Part shown: positions 6,970-16,156 of the stretch, piece by piece
Numbering within the stretch: the first letter of the stretch is position 1
Layout of the letters: the number at the start of each line of letters is the position of its first letter
Source: a virus
Virus record (IMG/VR): IMGVR_UViG_3300024336_000001
Location: 24,850-88,849 of that record
DNA: 64,000 nt
Reading direction: 5' to 3' (one strand)
Program-made: the position numbers and the translations under genes
Notes under the pieces: generated by a model
What the model was told of the DNA's origin: nothing
The model's input: the letters and a program-made list of their open reading frames with translations, nothing else
Databases searched by the model: none

Positions 6970-9837
6970 TTGGATATATTTTACTGGTCTTCGATAGCTG
7001 CTTTTTTTCTCACATTATTTTTGGCCGTCTTTGTGTATTTTGAGGACAAGCAACGAAGCACCCACAAAGTATTAGGCTTGTTTGTTTTAATCTTGGCCGT
7101 AGGCATCTTTGGTGATTTTTATTACAGAATTCCAATAATTAACTCTTCTTTTATACCCAATATATTGCGGGGCATTTTCGCCATTGTGCCGTTTTCTCCG
7201 GCTTTATGGGTACATTTTATTTTCTTGTTTACAAAAATTAAACCAAAAAAACACGTACTCTCGACTATATATTTAAGTTCATTGGTGTTATCGGTGTTAA
7301 ATGTGCTATTTCCTAAATTTATTTTTAGTGAAGTTTCTTTAACGGCGACACATCTTCTTAAGACAACCCCGTCCATAGGATTTTATTTATTTGCTATATA
7401 TATCTTCGGGGGGGCAACTCTAAGTCTGTATTTTGTTATTAAAGCAAGAAAGCGCAGCGCAGGGCATTTTAGAGAGCAACTAAACTATTATTTGTTTGCA
7501 AACGTTATTATTTTTATAGCTGTAATATTGTATGCAATAGCGGTTGGTTTCTTTCCGGGCTTTCCTCGCCTGGATAATGTGTTTTTAAGTATATATGTTT
7601 TAATTATTGTTTATAGTATTACTAGAAGAGAGCTATTAAACATAAAACTCCTTGTTGGCCGTCTGCTCACATATGGGCTATTAGTAGCGGGGGTCGGCTT
7701 TGTGATGTATATGTCTCGTTTTTCCGTAGACAGTTTCTATTTATCTTCGCTCGTGGCTTTCGTTATCTCTACTTGGCTGGCATCATTTATTTTTATCAAG
7801 GGCAAAAGAAGCTTAATTAATAGAGTATTTGCAGGGTTTTTATTAACGCTATCTGCCGGAATATTTGGCGATTACTTTTATTATACGCCAGTGGTTAACA
7901 ATATTGCTCCAAGAGAATTGTTAAGAGCAGCGTATGTAATAACACCTTTTTCTGCATCTACGTTATTACATTTTATATTCTTATTCACAAAGACTAAGCC
8001 TCCCAAGGGTATAGTCCCATTATTATATACTGGATCTATATTATTGATGGTATTGAACTTAGCGATACCAGCGTTTTATTTTCAATCAGCCACAGTTAAA
8101 ACGTTAGGGGAGTTGAGCACGACAACGACACTGGCTTATCACGTCTTTAGTAGTTATAACCTGATGGCAGTATTGCTTAGTTTTGTGTTTGTAATACGCC
8201 GAAGAAGAAAAAGCAGAGGGAAATTAAGGGCGCAGATGAATTATTATCTTTTTGCTGCGGTTAGTATTATATGTGCAGCACTTTTATATTCTATTGCAAT
8301 GGGAATTTCTCCAAATACTCCAAGATTAGATAATATATTCTTGGTTCTTTATGTTTGTACCATTGCATATAGCATTACTAAAAGTGAACTATTTCAAATT
8401 CAGATTGTTATTAGTCGAACGCTTGCTTATGGGTTAACCTATGCCTCTGTAATATTTATTTTTTTGCTAATGAACCTACATATTAAAGAGCCGAATATAA
8501 AAGTATGGTTTAATCTGTTTTATTGTTTACTGTGTGCATTGGTAGCTCCTAGAGTAAGAGGAAAGCTTCAGACTGGATTAGAAGAGAAATTTGTGTCAGA
8601 CGATTATGAGCCTAATAAGGTTATAGATGAAATAACAAAAGATATTACCGGTGTTTATGAAAGAGAAGGTATTTTTAAAATTTTAATCAAAGCCATAGAA
8701 GCAATTATCAAAACCAAAGATAGTCATTTATTAGTTTTGGAAAAAGGGACTGAAAGAACCAACAATATTTTTCATTTATATGACAAGGATATGATAGAAG
8801 TTGCAAGTATGGACCCAGATAATCCGGTTATCAAATATTTTCATAATAAATATAAGCCAATAAAATTCAGTAAGCTAGATAAGGAAGCGCAGGGCGAACT
8901 AAAAAAATATTATATTAATAGATTTAGCATTCTAATTCCCTTATACTCTCCTCCCAATTTATTTGACGGGCTGCTTATTGTTGGACAAAAAGTATCAGAG
9001 GCCGCTTACACGAATAAAGATATAGGTTTGTTTCAAACCATTATAAATTTTACAAAAGTGATTTTAGATAGACTCCGGCCATATGAGGAAATCAAGCAGG
9101 AGTACGCAGAAGATAGAGAGCGAGTATATGAAGCTAAAATGATGGAAATTCAAGCCAAAAAAAATGAGGACTTCGCTTATACTATTCAAGAGTATAACCA
9201 CGAGATCAGAACCCCTTTAACTATGCTAATTGGAGCTATTCACACCTTACTTTATAAAATTAAAGGACAAAAGCCTATTTCGAACTTAAAAGAAGAGTTA
9301 GATGATATGCTAAAAAATGGAGAGAGGATGAACGATATAGTTGGCACAACATTAAGGCTTACTCCAGGCAGCATTAGTGAAAGAAAGCGGAAAAGAGATC
9401 CCCAAGGAATAAATGAAATTATCCAGCAAGCACTTGATCTATATACGTTTGTACACGAGGTTAAGGTGATTAAGAATTTTAATGAAGAAGAGATATATGT
9501 ATTCGGTGTTAATAATGATATTGAACGCATTTTCATAAATCTAATTCGTAATGCCGATGAAGCAATGCCTAAAGGAGGAAAGCTTCAAATTAAAACCTCC
9601 CTGCAAAATCAAGAAGCTTGCATTGAGATAAAAGACACCGGAATAGGAATCCCGGAAGAAGATCAACAAAAAGTATGGGAAATACATCGCTCAAGACATG
9701 TAACAAAAGGCAGAGGCTTAGGTTTGTCGATAGTTCATAGATTAGTGACTGAGCACCAAGCCAGGATCACTTTAAATAGTATAGAAGGGGAAGGCACAAC
9801 TTTTACTGTGCTTTTTCCGACAGTGGAGGCTATTTAG
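6970..9837 (+). CDS. Membrane sensor histidine kinase: 2x 7TM-type sensor, GAF-like domain, HisKA, HATPase
   Basis: H-box YNHEIRTPL, N-box IFINLIRNADEAM, G1 DTGIGIP, G2 GRGLGLSIV; ~520 hydrophobic N-terminal residues; TTG start 2 nt after synthase stop. Confidence 0.93.
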   Translation: MDIFYWSSIAAFFLTLFLAVFVYFEDKQRSTHKVLGLFVLILAVGIFGDFYYRIPIINSSFIPNILRGIFAIVPFSPALWVHFIFLFTKIKPKKHVLSTIYLSSLVLSVLNVLFPKFIFSEVSLTATHLLKTTPSIGFYLFAIYIFGGATLSLYFVIKARKRSAGHFREQLNYYLFANVIIFIAVILYAIAVGFFPGFPRLDNVFLSIYVLIIVYSITRRELLNIKLLVGRLLTYGLLVAGVGFVMYMSRFSVDSFYLSSLVAFVISTWLASFIFIKGKRSLINRVFAGFLLTLSAGIFGDYFYYTPVVNNIAPRELLRAAYVITPFSASTLLHFIFLFTKTKPPKGIVPLLYTGSILLMVLNLAIPAFYFQSATVKTLGELSTTTTLAYHVFSSYNLMAVLLSFVFVIRRRRKSRGKLRAQMNYYLFAAVSIICAALLYSIAMGISPNTPRLDNIFLVLYVCTIAYSITKSELFQIQIVISRTLAYGLTYASVIFIFLLMNLHIKEPNIKVWFNLFYCLLCALVAPRVRGKLQTGLEEKFVSDDYEPNKVIDEITKDITGVYEREGIFKILIKAIEAIIKTKDSHLLVLEKGTERTNNIFHLYDKDMIEVASMDPDNPVIKYFHNKYKPIKFSKLDKEAQGELKKYYINRFSILIPLYSPPNLFDGLLIVGQKVSEAAYTNKDIGLFQTIINFTKVILDRLRPYEEIKQEYAEDRERVYEAKMMEIQAKKNEDFAYTIQEYNHEIRTPLTMLIGAIHTLLYKIKGQKPISNLKEELDDMLKNGERMNDIVGTTLRLTPGSISERKRKRDPQGINEIIQQALDLYTFVHEVKVIKNFNEEEIYVFGVNNDIERIFINLIRNADEAMPKGGKLQIKTSLQNQEACIEIKDTGIGIPEEDQQKVWEIHRSRHVTKGRGLGLSIVHRLVTEHQARITLNSIEGEGTTFTVLFPTVEAI

Positions 9838-10072
9838 CCTCTGTAAGCGTCTGGGGTTTATTGATATATATAGACACTGGTTTATTTGAAGTAGGTCCAA
9901 ATAAAGCTTGCTTGCTTGATATCATGCTTTGAAAATTATCATCAGTATATTTGTGGCTATAGGGCACATATTTTTTTGCTAAATCGACAAATAGTTCCCC
10001 AGCCCTTTCAAAATTATCAACTATAATATTTTCAGCTAGACTAAAGTTTTCAATTACAATAAGGTTCCACAT
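9830..10072 (-). CDS. Hypothetical protein downstream of the response regulator
   Basis: GGGGA upstream of ATG; 3' end overlaps kinase 3' end. Confidence 0.55.
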   Translation of the reverse strand: MWNLIVIENFSLAENIIVDNFERAGELFVDLAKKYVPYSHKYTDDNFQSMISSKQALFGPTSNKPVSIYINKPQTLTEAK

Positions 10073-10114
10073 AGATATTCCCCAGGGCAGTTAAGATTAG
10101 CTGCTATCTCTTGA

Positions 10115-10612
10115 TTATTTAGATTCGTCTTCTAGTTCTTTGCGTCTGACATAAGATTTTTCTCTTAGATCATCTTTCATGTATTCACCATGCTTTTTGA
10201 TGACAACCTTTTCTAAAACATCTACTAATTCGTCTGGGTTAAATGGTTTTTTAAGATACCCTACTGCACCCCCCACAATGGGGCTAGTAGCTTTAGCCCA
10301 TTTTTTTTGATCTTCGTAAGCACTTAGTATAATAACACTCATTTCTTCATAAAAGCCTTCAGATTTGCGCCACTCCCTGAGCATATCAAGCCCATCCAGG
10401 TCAGGCATTTTTATGTCTAAAATTACACAATCAATTTTATTTGGTCCTATACCAACCCAGGTTTTATGTTTTTTTAATGTTTTCAAGCCTTCTTTTCCGC
10501 CGTTAGCGGTAATGATATTCCATCCTAAACGATCCTCAACAGTATTTTTTATCAAGTTTGTAACGCCCACCTCATCATCAATAGCTAAAATTAAAGGTTT
10601 ACCTTTTTTCAT
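10115..10612 (-). CDS. Single-domain response regulator (receiver only)
   Basis: ILAIDDE, VILDIKMPDLDG (phospho-Asp), ILSAY, YLKKPF; no DNA-binding output domain. Confidence 0.92.
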   Translation of the reverse strand: MKKGKPLILAIDDEVGVTNLIKNTVEDRLGWNIITANGGKEGLKTLKKHKTWVGIGPNKIDCVILDIKMPDLDGLDMLREWRKSEGFYEEMSVIILSAYEDQKKWAKATSPIVGGAVGYLKKPFNPDELVDVLEKVVIKKHGEYMKDDLREKSYVRRKELEDESK

Positions 10613-11039
10613 TTATGCCTCCTTTTTCAAATTTATTGTCCCAATAATCAAGACAATGCCCAAGAACATGATAAGGGCCTAAAAAGAAACCTTTAATTGG
10701 AAAATACACAATTAAAGGAAGATAGATAGCGAAAACAGTAAAAGCCTCTACAAACGGATGAGAGGGCTTTCTTTGACCGGCTTTATACTCTTTTTCAACC
10801 CGTGTTTTTTCGTATTCATTGCCAATGGCGTTTAGATAATAAGCCATATGTTTGTGGAAACTAGCTTGAGGATATGATTTTCTGTTCATAAGAGAATCAC
10901 GTATACAGCGAGCCATGTTTTTGTACCAAGAAACAAAGCCACCTAAAAAACCAATTATCGCTCCGTAAACTATTGACCATAACAATACGATTAAAAAGTA
11001 AATGTAAAATAAGATTTTTTTCATATAATAGCCTTCCAT
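10599..11039 (-). CDS. Membrane protein with two hydrophobic segments, overlapping the response regulator start
   Basis: Hydrophobic stretches at aa ~9-38 and ~97-121; 14-nt overlap containing GGAGG RBS of the regulator. Confidence 0.7.
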   Translation of the reverse strand: MEGYYMKKILFYIYFLIVLLWSIVYGAIIGFLGGFVSWYKNMARCIRDSLMNRKSYPQASFHKHMAYYLNAIGNEYEKTRVEKEYKAGQRKPSHPFVEAFTVFAIYLPLIVYFPIKGFFLGPYHVLGHCLDYWDNKFEKGGINEKR

Positions 11040-11077
11040 AATGACATCATTATATCACTATTTTAGCATTGTATCAC

Positions 11078-11095
11078 TGTTTGATGCATCAAACA
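11078..11095. promoter_or_regulatory. 18-bp perfect palindrome, copy 2 (TGTTTGATGCATCAAACA), in a divergent promoter region
   Basis: Perfect inverted repeat between 11039(-) and 11214(+); TATAAT at 11112-11117. Confidence 0.75.
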
Positions 11096-11213
11096 AATAA
11101 ACAATATGTTGTATAATGTAGAAATGTAAAATAACCATATGGCATAAGGCTATAAGTAACATTACATTCGGCTTATAATGCAATGTATTCTATAATAATG
11201 AGGGAGAATAAAA

Positions 11214-11480
11214 ATGAATAATGAATTTGGAATCAGCGATCTTCAAATAAAACTAATGGCAAATAAGCTGGGGTATCCAGGAGGGCTATCTGAGCAGGAA
11301 TTAGCGGATATTAAGGTGGGGCTTATTGGAGAAATATTCAAAAAAAGGGAAGAGCTAGTATACCCTGTTATTAAATATGCCCTTGAGCTAAGGCTTAAGA
11401 AAAATAAAGGTGTAGTTCGTACAAGATGTTGTGAAAAAGATGCTGCGAAAATAAGGTGCTGTGATAAGAATGAAGACTAA
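11214..11480 (+). CDS. Hypothetical protein
   Basis: GAGGGAG RBS. Confidence 0.6.
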   Translation: MNNEFGISDLQIKLMANKLGYPGGLSEQELADIKVGLIGEIFKKREELVYPVIKYALELRLKKNKGVVRTRCCEKDAAKIRCCDKNED

Positions 11481-11787
11481 GTATCTTAAAGATATCCTCA
11501 CAAGGATGTGCAGGCATCCTAAAAAATATCCATTAACAAACAGGTCTTCGGTTACAAATGCCCAAAGACTAGAAATAATTAAGGGGGTTTTCGATGAAAT
11601 GATAGAATGTTTATTAGAGGGGTGTAATTTTGAAATAAAGAATTTTGGGACAATAAAACGGAAAGAAAGACCAGGGAGAACTTATAGGAACCCCAAAACA
11701 GGTGATAAAATTAAAAAGGATCCGGCAACAACATTGAAGTTTAATATAGCAAAAAAGATGAGAGACAGGCTAAATGAGCAATCCTGA
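11470..11787 (+). CDS. HU/IHF-family DNA-binding protein
   Basis: FEIKNFGTIKRKERPGRTYRNPKTGDKI...LKFNIAKKMRDRLN signature. Confidence 0.9.
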   Translation: MKTKYLKDILTRMCRHPKKYPLTNRSSVTNAQRLEIIKGVFDEMIECLLEGCNFEIKNFGTIKRKERPGRTYRNPKTGDKIKKDPATTLKFNIAKKMRDRLNEQS

Positions 11788-11792
11788 ATATA

Positions 11793-12062
11793 ATGAGCCA
11801 AAGCAAGGAAATAAGTTCAAAGAGGGAAATGATGGGAGAAATGGATCAAAAAAGGATTATGAAAAAACTCGGAAGTAAAATTACTACTTTAAAGAAAAAG
11901 GAAGGGTTAGTTACTGAGGAATTAGCAAAGAAAATAGACGTAGCAAGAAGTACCTTATGGTGTATTGAGACGGGAAAAGTAGACCCTAAAATGAGCACAG
12001 TAGTAAAGATAGCAAAGTTTTTTGGTATGAGCATTTCGGAATTATTAGATTTTAATAAATAG
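11793..12062 (+). CDS. XRE-family HTH regulator
   Basis: EELAKKIDVARSTLWCIETGKVDPKMSTVVKIAKFFG. Confidence 0.88.
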   Translation: MSQSKEISSKREMMGEMDQKRIMKKLGSKITTLKKKEGLVTEELAKKIDVARSTLWCIETGKVDPKMSTVVKIAKFFGMSISELLDFNK

Positions 12063-12116
12063 AATCAGCCATATATTTTTTAAACTCATAATCTCGCATA
12101 AATAAATATATATACA

Positions 12117-12146
12117 TTGACAAATACACTAATTATGCATTATTAT
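12117..12146 (+). promoter_or_regulatory. Sigma70-type promoter for the recombinase
   Basis: TTGACA (12117-12122), 18 nt, TATTAT (12141-12146). Confidence 0.55.
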
Positions 12147-12168
12147 GCGAGAAACAAGGAGGTTTAAA

Positions 12169-13239
12169 TTGAATACTGAATTAAAATTACATAATGATAT
12201 AGAAACAAGGATTGAAAAGTTACCTGAACACTATAAAAAGTTTTTTATATGGAAGCAGCCAAACAAATCTACAAGACGACATACGATCAAATCATATTTA
12301 TTGCATTTGAATAAAGTAGAAGATCTATTAGGGAAAAAGTTGATGGAGAAAAAGGGGGCAGCATATGTTTCTGTAACCAAAGATGAGTTGGTTCAACTAA
12401 AAGACACTCTATCACATAAGCTTAACCATAAACCTTCAAGCGTGAATGCTTATTTAGCTTCAATAAAATCTATTTTCAAATATTGGACACAAGAGTTGGA
12501 GATTGTAGAAAAATCCCCTATCCCGCTGGACTTTCAAGAAGAAGAACCATACGCAGAGAAGGAAATGTATATTACTGAAGAACATTTAAGGGAAATAAAT
12601 AATATATTAGATGAGCTGGTTAAGACAGTTACAACTAAAATACCGGCCAGCATGAATGTCACAAGCCTTTTCTTCCATGCTTTACAACGCAAGGCAATTA
12701 TTAGGTTAATGATTGATACAGGGGCTAGAGTTGGGGAAATTGCTGGAATTACTGCAAATGATTTTGACAGATACGAAATTATGATAGACAAGAGAAAGCA
12801 CAAACAATGGCAAGTGAAAATATATAATTCTAAAAAACGAGATGGATCTCCCTTAGCTCGCTGGCTACCTATATCAAAAGAAACAAAAAAAGCAGTGGAT
12901 GAAATGCTTTATCATGCTCAATTAAAAATAAAAAACGGGGAACTGCCTTTATCAACTGCAAACTTTAGTAAAGCCTTTCATAGAAAAAATAGATCTAGGG
13001 CAATTCAAACTTGGATTAACGAGATACAAAAAGACCTTAATAAAATGGGGTACAATATCCCGAAGCTGACACCCCATCATTTTAGACATCTGTTTGCTAC
13101 CAGACTAATTCTGGCAGGCGAAAACGATGCAACCGTACAGAAAATGTTAGGGCAAAAAAACATTCAAAGTATAATCAGGTATGTTAAAGCCAGCAACCAA
13201 ATGGCTGGAGCTGCCAGCTATAGAACCTTTGGTTTTTAA
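12169..13239 (+). CDS. Tyrosine recombinase/integrase
   Basis: N-terminal core-binding-like region; DTGARVGE (R), HHFRH (HxxR), MLGQ, IIRY (Y); AGGAGG RBS favours TTG 12169 over ATG 12145. Confidence 0.92.
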   Translation: MNTELKLHNDIETRIEKLPEHYKKFFIWKQPNKSTRRHTIKSYLLHLNKVEDLLGKKLMEKKGAAYVSVTKDELVQLKDTLSHKLNHKPSSVNAYLASIKSIFKYWTQELEIVEKSPIPLDFQEEEPYAEKEMYITEEHLREINNILDELVKTVTTKIPASMNVTSLFFHALQRKAIIRLMIDTGARVGEIAGITANDFDRYEIMIDKRKHKQWQVKIYNSKKRDGSPLARWLPISKETKKAVDEMLYHAQLKIKNGELPLSTANFSKAFHRKNRSRAIQTWINEIQKDLNKMGYNIPKLTPHHFRHLFATRLILAGENDATVQKMLGQKNIQSIIRYVKASNQMAGAASYRTFGF

Positions 13240-13240
13240 C

Positions 13241-13483
13241 TTATATATCTTCAAAGATTAATGAGACGTGATCCCCGTCTTTAACAGCTAACAAATTTTT
13301 GTTTAGTTCGGGCCTATACCTAGTTAACCAGCCACCTACGTTTGCTAAAATGTTTTTTATGTAAGTTCCTTGATTTTCAGGATTTAATACTTGAGGATCC
13401 TTTATTACAAATTTCCCATCTGTCTCAATTATAGAGATGATTTTTTCTATAGTTGCCTCAGTTTTTTGTACCTTATCTGACAA
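13241..13483 (-). CDS. Hypothetical protein
   Basis: ORF convergent with the recombinase. Confidence 0.55.
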   Translation of the reverse strand: MSDKVQKTEATIEKIISIIETDGKFVIKDPQVLNPENQGTYIKNILANVGGWLTRYRPELNKNLLAVKDGDHVSLIFEDI

Positions 13484-13492
13484 AATTAACGC

Positions 13493-13777
13493 CTAATAAG
13501 AGTACGAAGGGTAGCTGTAATAATCGCTTGATTTCTTTGTTTTATATTTATTGGTTCCGGTTTTCCCTGTGTAAGTATTATAGTTCCCAGAATAGCTGAA
13601 ATTATCTTTTACGGTGTTGTTTGATTTAGTTCTATAGTATCCGTTTACATATGTGCCATTTTTGCGAGTATAGCCTTTTACATAGGTCGAGCCTACACAA
13701 AACACAGTGGTAGTAAACATAAAAAGCATTAATAATGCTGAGATAAAATATTTTTTCATTGAAAAAACTCCCTTCAT
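13493..13777 (-). CDS. Small secreted basic, Tyr-rich protein
   Basis: Signal peptide followed by YVKGYTRKNGTYVNGYYRT...DNFS...N.YTGKTGT, a widespread uncharacterised motif. Confidence 0.75.
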   Translation of the reverse strand: MKGVFSMKKYFISALLMLFMFTTTVFCVGSTYVKGYTRKNGTYVNGYYRTKSNNTVKDNFSYSGNYNTYTGKTGTNKYKTKKSSDYYSYPSYSY

Positions 13778-13843
13778 TTAACTTAAGATAATGGTAGCAC
13801 AGCACCAACTTTTTTTTAAACCTTTTCCGGGGTTTTGTGCCTA

Positions 13844-13861
13844 ATTTTGATGTGCCAAAAA
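13844..13861. promoter_or_regulatory. Degenerate copy of the 18-bp palindrome upstream of the replication operon
   Basis: ATTTTGATGTGCCAAAAA fits core TTTGAT-RYRY-CAAA. Confidence 0.45.
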
Positions 13862-13902
13862 CTAAAATGTAGTAATTAGGCTATTACGCCATAATGTTGG
13901 CT

Positions 13903-14094
13903 ATGCCTAAAAACAAGATAAATAATTTTCCTCATTCAACAAAACTCAGATTTACAAAAAACAACTTCAATAAGTTAAGAAAAATCAAATACGACAATAA
14001 CTCTTCATTCAATAAAATCATAAACGCTTTAATTTCACAAATTGACGAAAAATCTATTTCAAGCACTATCAAAAGCTGGAAGGCGAGTCTATGA
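13903..14094 (+). CDS. Small basic protein, ribbon-helix-helix-like DNA binder
   Basis: STKLRFTKNNFNKLRKI...SFNKIINALI; ATGA overlap with helicase. Confidence 0.5.
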   Translation: MPKNKINNFPHSTKLRFTKNNFNKLRKIKYDNNSSFNKIINALISQIDEKSISSTIKSWKASL

Positions 14095-15908
14095 ATAAGC
14101 CTGGCCGACCTTTTGAAGAGTCTCTTTTAACAATGGAGCAAAACCGACTTGTATATTGTGGAACGGCTGCTCAATTAAGGAATTGCTCTAAATCAATACC
14201 TATAAAGTATAACGACAAAACAAGATATTTTGAATTTCCAATTTTCCCAACTATCGCAAAACACCTTGAAAAAATTGTCCCCCATATGCAGATAGATGTG
14301 AGGCTGAAAAAGCACCTAACCAGTAAGTCCAAACAGTTAAGCAACTTCTGGGATCTTAAGCTATCAAAGGACATAAAAGAAGATGCTCCATTAAAAGATG
14401 TTGGGCTTATTGATATTAAACTTTTTCCTCATCAAAAAGTTTCTTCCCGTATTAACGAGTTATTTACAAGGGTACTTTGTTTGGATGAAATGGGACTAGG
14501 TAAAACCATAGTAGCTCTTCGGTCGGCCTTGTACCGTAAAATTTTCAATAAAAACAAACGCTGCCTAATTATCTGCCCAAATTCTATCAGGGTTACTGTA
14601 TGGGCAAATGAAATAAAAAGCCGGACAGGGCTGGGGATTTGTGTGCCAGACGGCACGAAGATCAAGCGAGAAAAGCTAATCAAGCAATTTATGGATCTTA
14701 ATGCTTCTAATGAAGCTTATCATTTTATGGTTATCAACTATGAGATGACCTACAAATACCTGGATCTCATAAAGCAATTCGCTGATGACCAGATGCTTAT
14801 TATCGATGAATCTCACTACATGAAAAACAGATTATCTCAAAGAACTAAAGCGATTTTCAAAATTAATCCTAAGTATCTAATAAGTATGACCGGAACTCCA
14901 TTCGACAATAAAATCGAAGATATTTTTGCTTTAGCTGAATATGTCTGCCCTTTAATTTTTTCCGGGAGCTACACTAAATTTAAAGACCAGTATTGTATAG
15001 AGCGCACTATCCCTCTTAAATCAAAAGGCAGGGTAATCCAGCGCAATGTAATTGCAGGCTATAAAAATCTTGCTCAACTTAGAGCCACATTAGGGCTTAT
15101 TTCTTATAGGCGCACAAAAAAAGAAGTTCTTGATTTGCCACCTAAACTTTATGAAAACCGACAAATTCAAATGACTGTAGAGCAATGGAAATGTTACGAA
15201 AAAATGCGTCTGGAATGTTATGTAATGGTTGCCAAACTAGACGAAAGCCAAATAGAAGCAACGGCCAAGGGCATTTTGGCAAAAATGTTGCGACTTTCAC
15301 AGATTACAGATGGCTATTTAACTGATTTTGCTGATAAAAGCAAAACTTATTGGATTAAAAATAGTGGAAAAGTAGCCGAGCTTGATGATCTTCTGGAGCA
15401 AATAATAAATAGCGGACACAAGGCGGTTGTATGGTCCCGGTTTGTTGAAGTAGTAACCCACTTAACCAAAAGATATAAAGAAAAATACGGAGCTGTTTAT
15501 ATTAATGGGCAAGTCCCTACAAGTATGCGGCCAGAAATTATTGACCGCTTCCAAACAGACGAAAACACAAAAGTTTTTGTCGGCCAAATTCAAAGTTGCG
15601 GAGTTGGCATGACTCTTCATGCTGCCAGTTATGAGATTTTTTTTGATAAGTGCTTCATTTCCTCTTCAGGTATCACACAGGCGGAAGATCGTTGCCACAG
15701 AATAGGAATGAAAGATCGACTGACGATAATACATCTTATTGCAAAAAGTACAATCGATGAATATTGGGAAAAGAATCTTAAAAATAAGCTTCAGGCTGTC
15801 AATGAAGTTACTCAAGATAATCAAGAGCAAGAATACACAGTTATCCCCGGAAAAGTTACTAAAGGAGATTTACTAGATTTATTAAAAATAGGAAAGAAGG
15901 GGGCCTAA
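14091..15908 (+). CDS. SNF2-family (SF2) helicase/ATPase
   Basis: DEMGLGKT, IIDESH, MTGTP, GVGMTL, QAEDRCHRIG. Confidence 0.93.
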   Translation: MNKPGRPFEESLLTMEQNRLVYCGTAAQLRNCSKSIPIKYNDKTRYFEFPIFPTIAKHLEKIVPHMQIDVRLKKHLTSKSKQLSNFWDLKLSKDIKEDAPLKDVGLIDIKLFPHQKVSSRINELFTRVLCLDEMGLGKTIVALRSALYRKIFNKNKRCLIICPNSIRVTVWANEIKSRTGLGICVPDGTKIKREKLIKQFMDLNASNEAYHFMVINYEMTYKYLDLIKQFADDQMLIIDESHYMKNRLSQRTKAIFKINPKYLISMTGTPFDNKIEDIFALAEYVCPLIFSGSYTKFKDQYCIERTIPLKSKGRVIQRNVIAGYKNLAQLRATLGLISYRRTKKEVLDLPPKLYENRQIQMTVEQWKCYEKMRLECYVMVAKLDESQIEATAKGILAKMLRLSQITDGYLTDFADKSKTYWIKNSGKVAELDDLLEQIINSGHKAVVWSRFVEVVTHLTKRYKEKYGAVYINGQVPTSMRPEIIDRFQTDENTKVFVGQIQSCGVGMTLHAASYEIFFDKCFISSSGITQAEDRCHRIGMKDRLTIIHLIAKSTIDEYWEKNLKNKLQAVNEVTQDNQEQEYTVIPGKVTKGDLLDLLKIGKKGA

Positions 15909-15910
15909 AA

Positions 15911-16138
15911 ATGAAGCTGTCTAAATACCAAGAAAAGAGATTAGAAAAGCTGAAACAAAACAAAGGAACCCCTGTGTTTCTTGCAGGTACAGAAGGCTCC
16001 ACCAAAGTTTCCGGGACAATAGTTTCTTTTAAGGTGGTTAAACCAAGAAAAAACCTAAAAATTCTTTATGGCTTGTTGTTTGAAGGCCAAAACAGTCCTA
16101 TTTACGGCTCTAAAAAAGCCTTTGTTTTCGCATCTTAA
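15911..16138 (+). CDS. Small basic hypothetical protein
   Basis: Operonic position, RBS. Confidence 0.6.
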   Translation: MKLSKYQEKRLEKLKQNKGTPVFLAGTEGSTKVSGTIVSFKVVKPRKNLKILYGLLFEGQNSPIYGSKKAFVFAS

Positions 16139-16156
16139 ATTAAAAGGAGAAAAACC

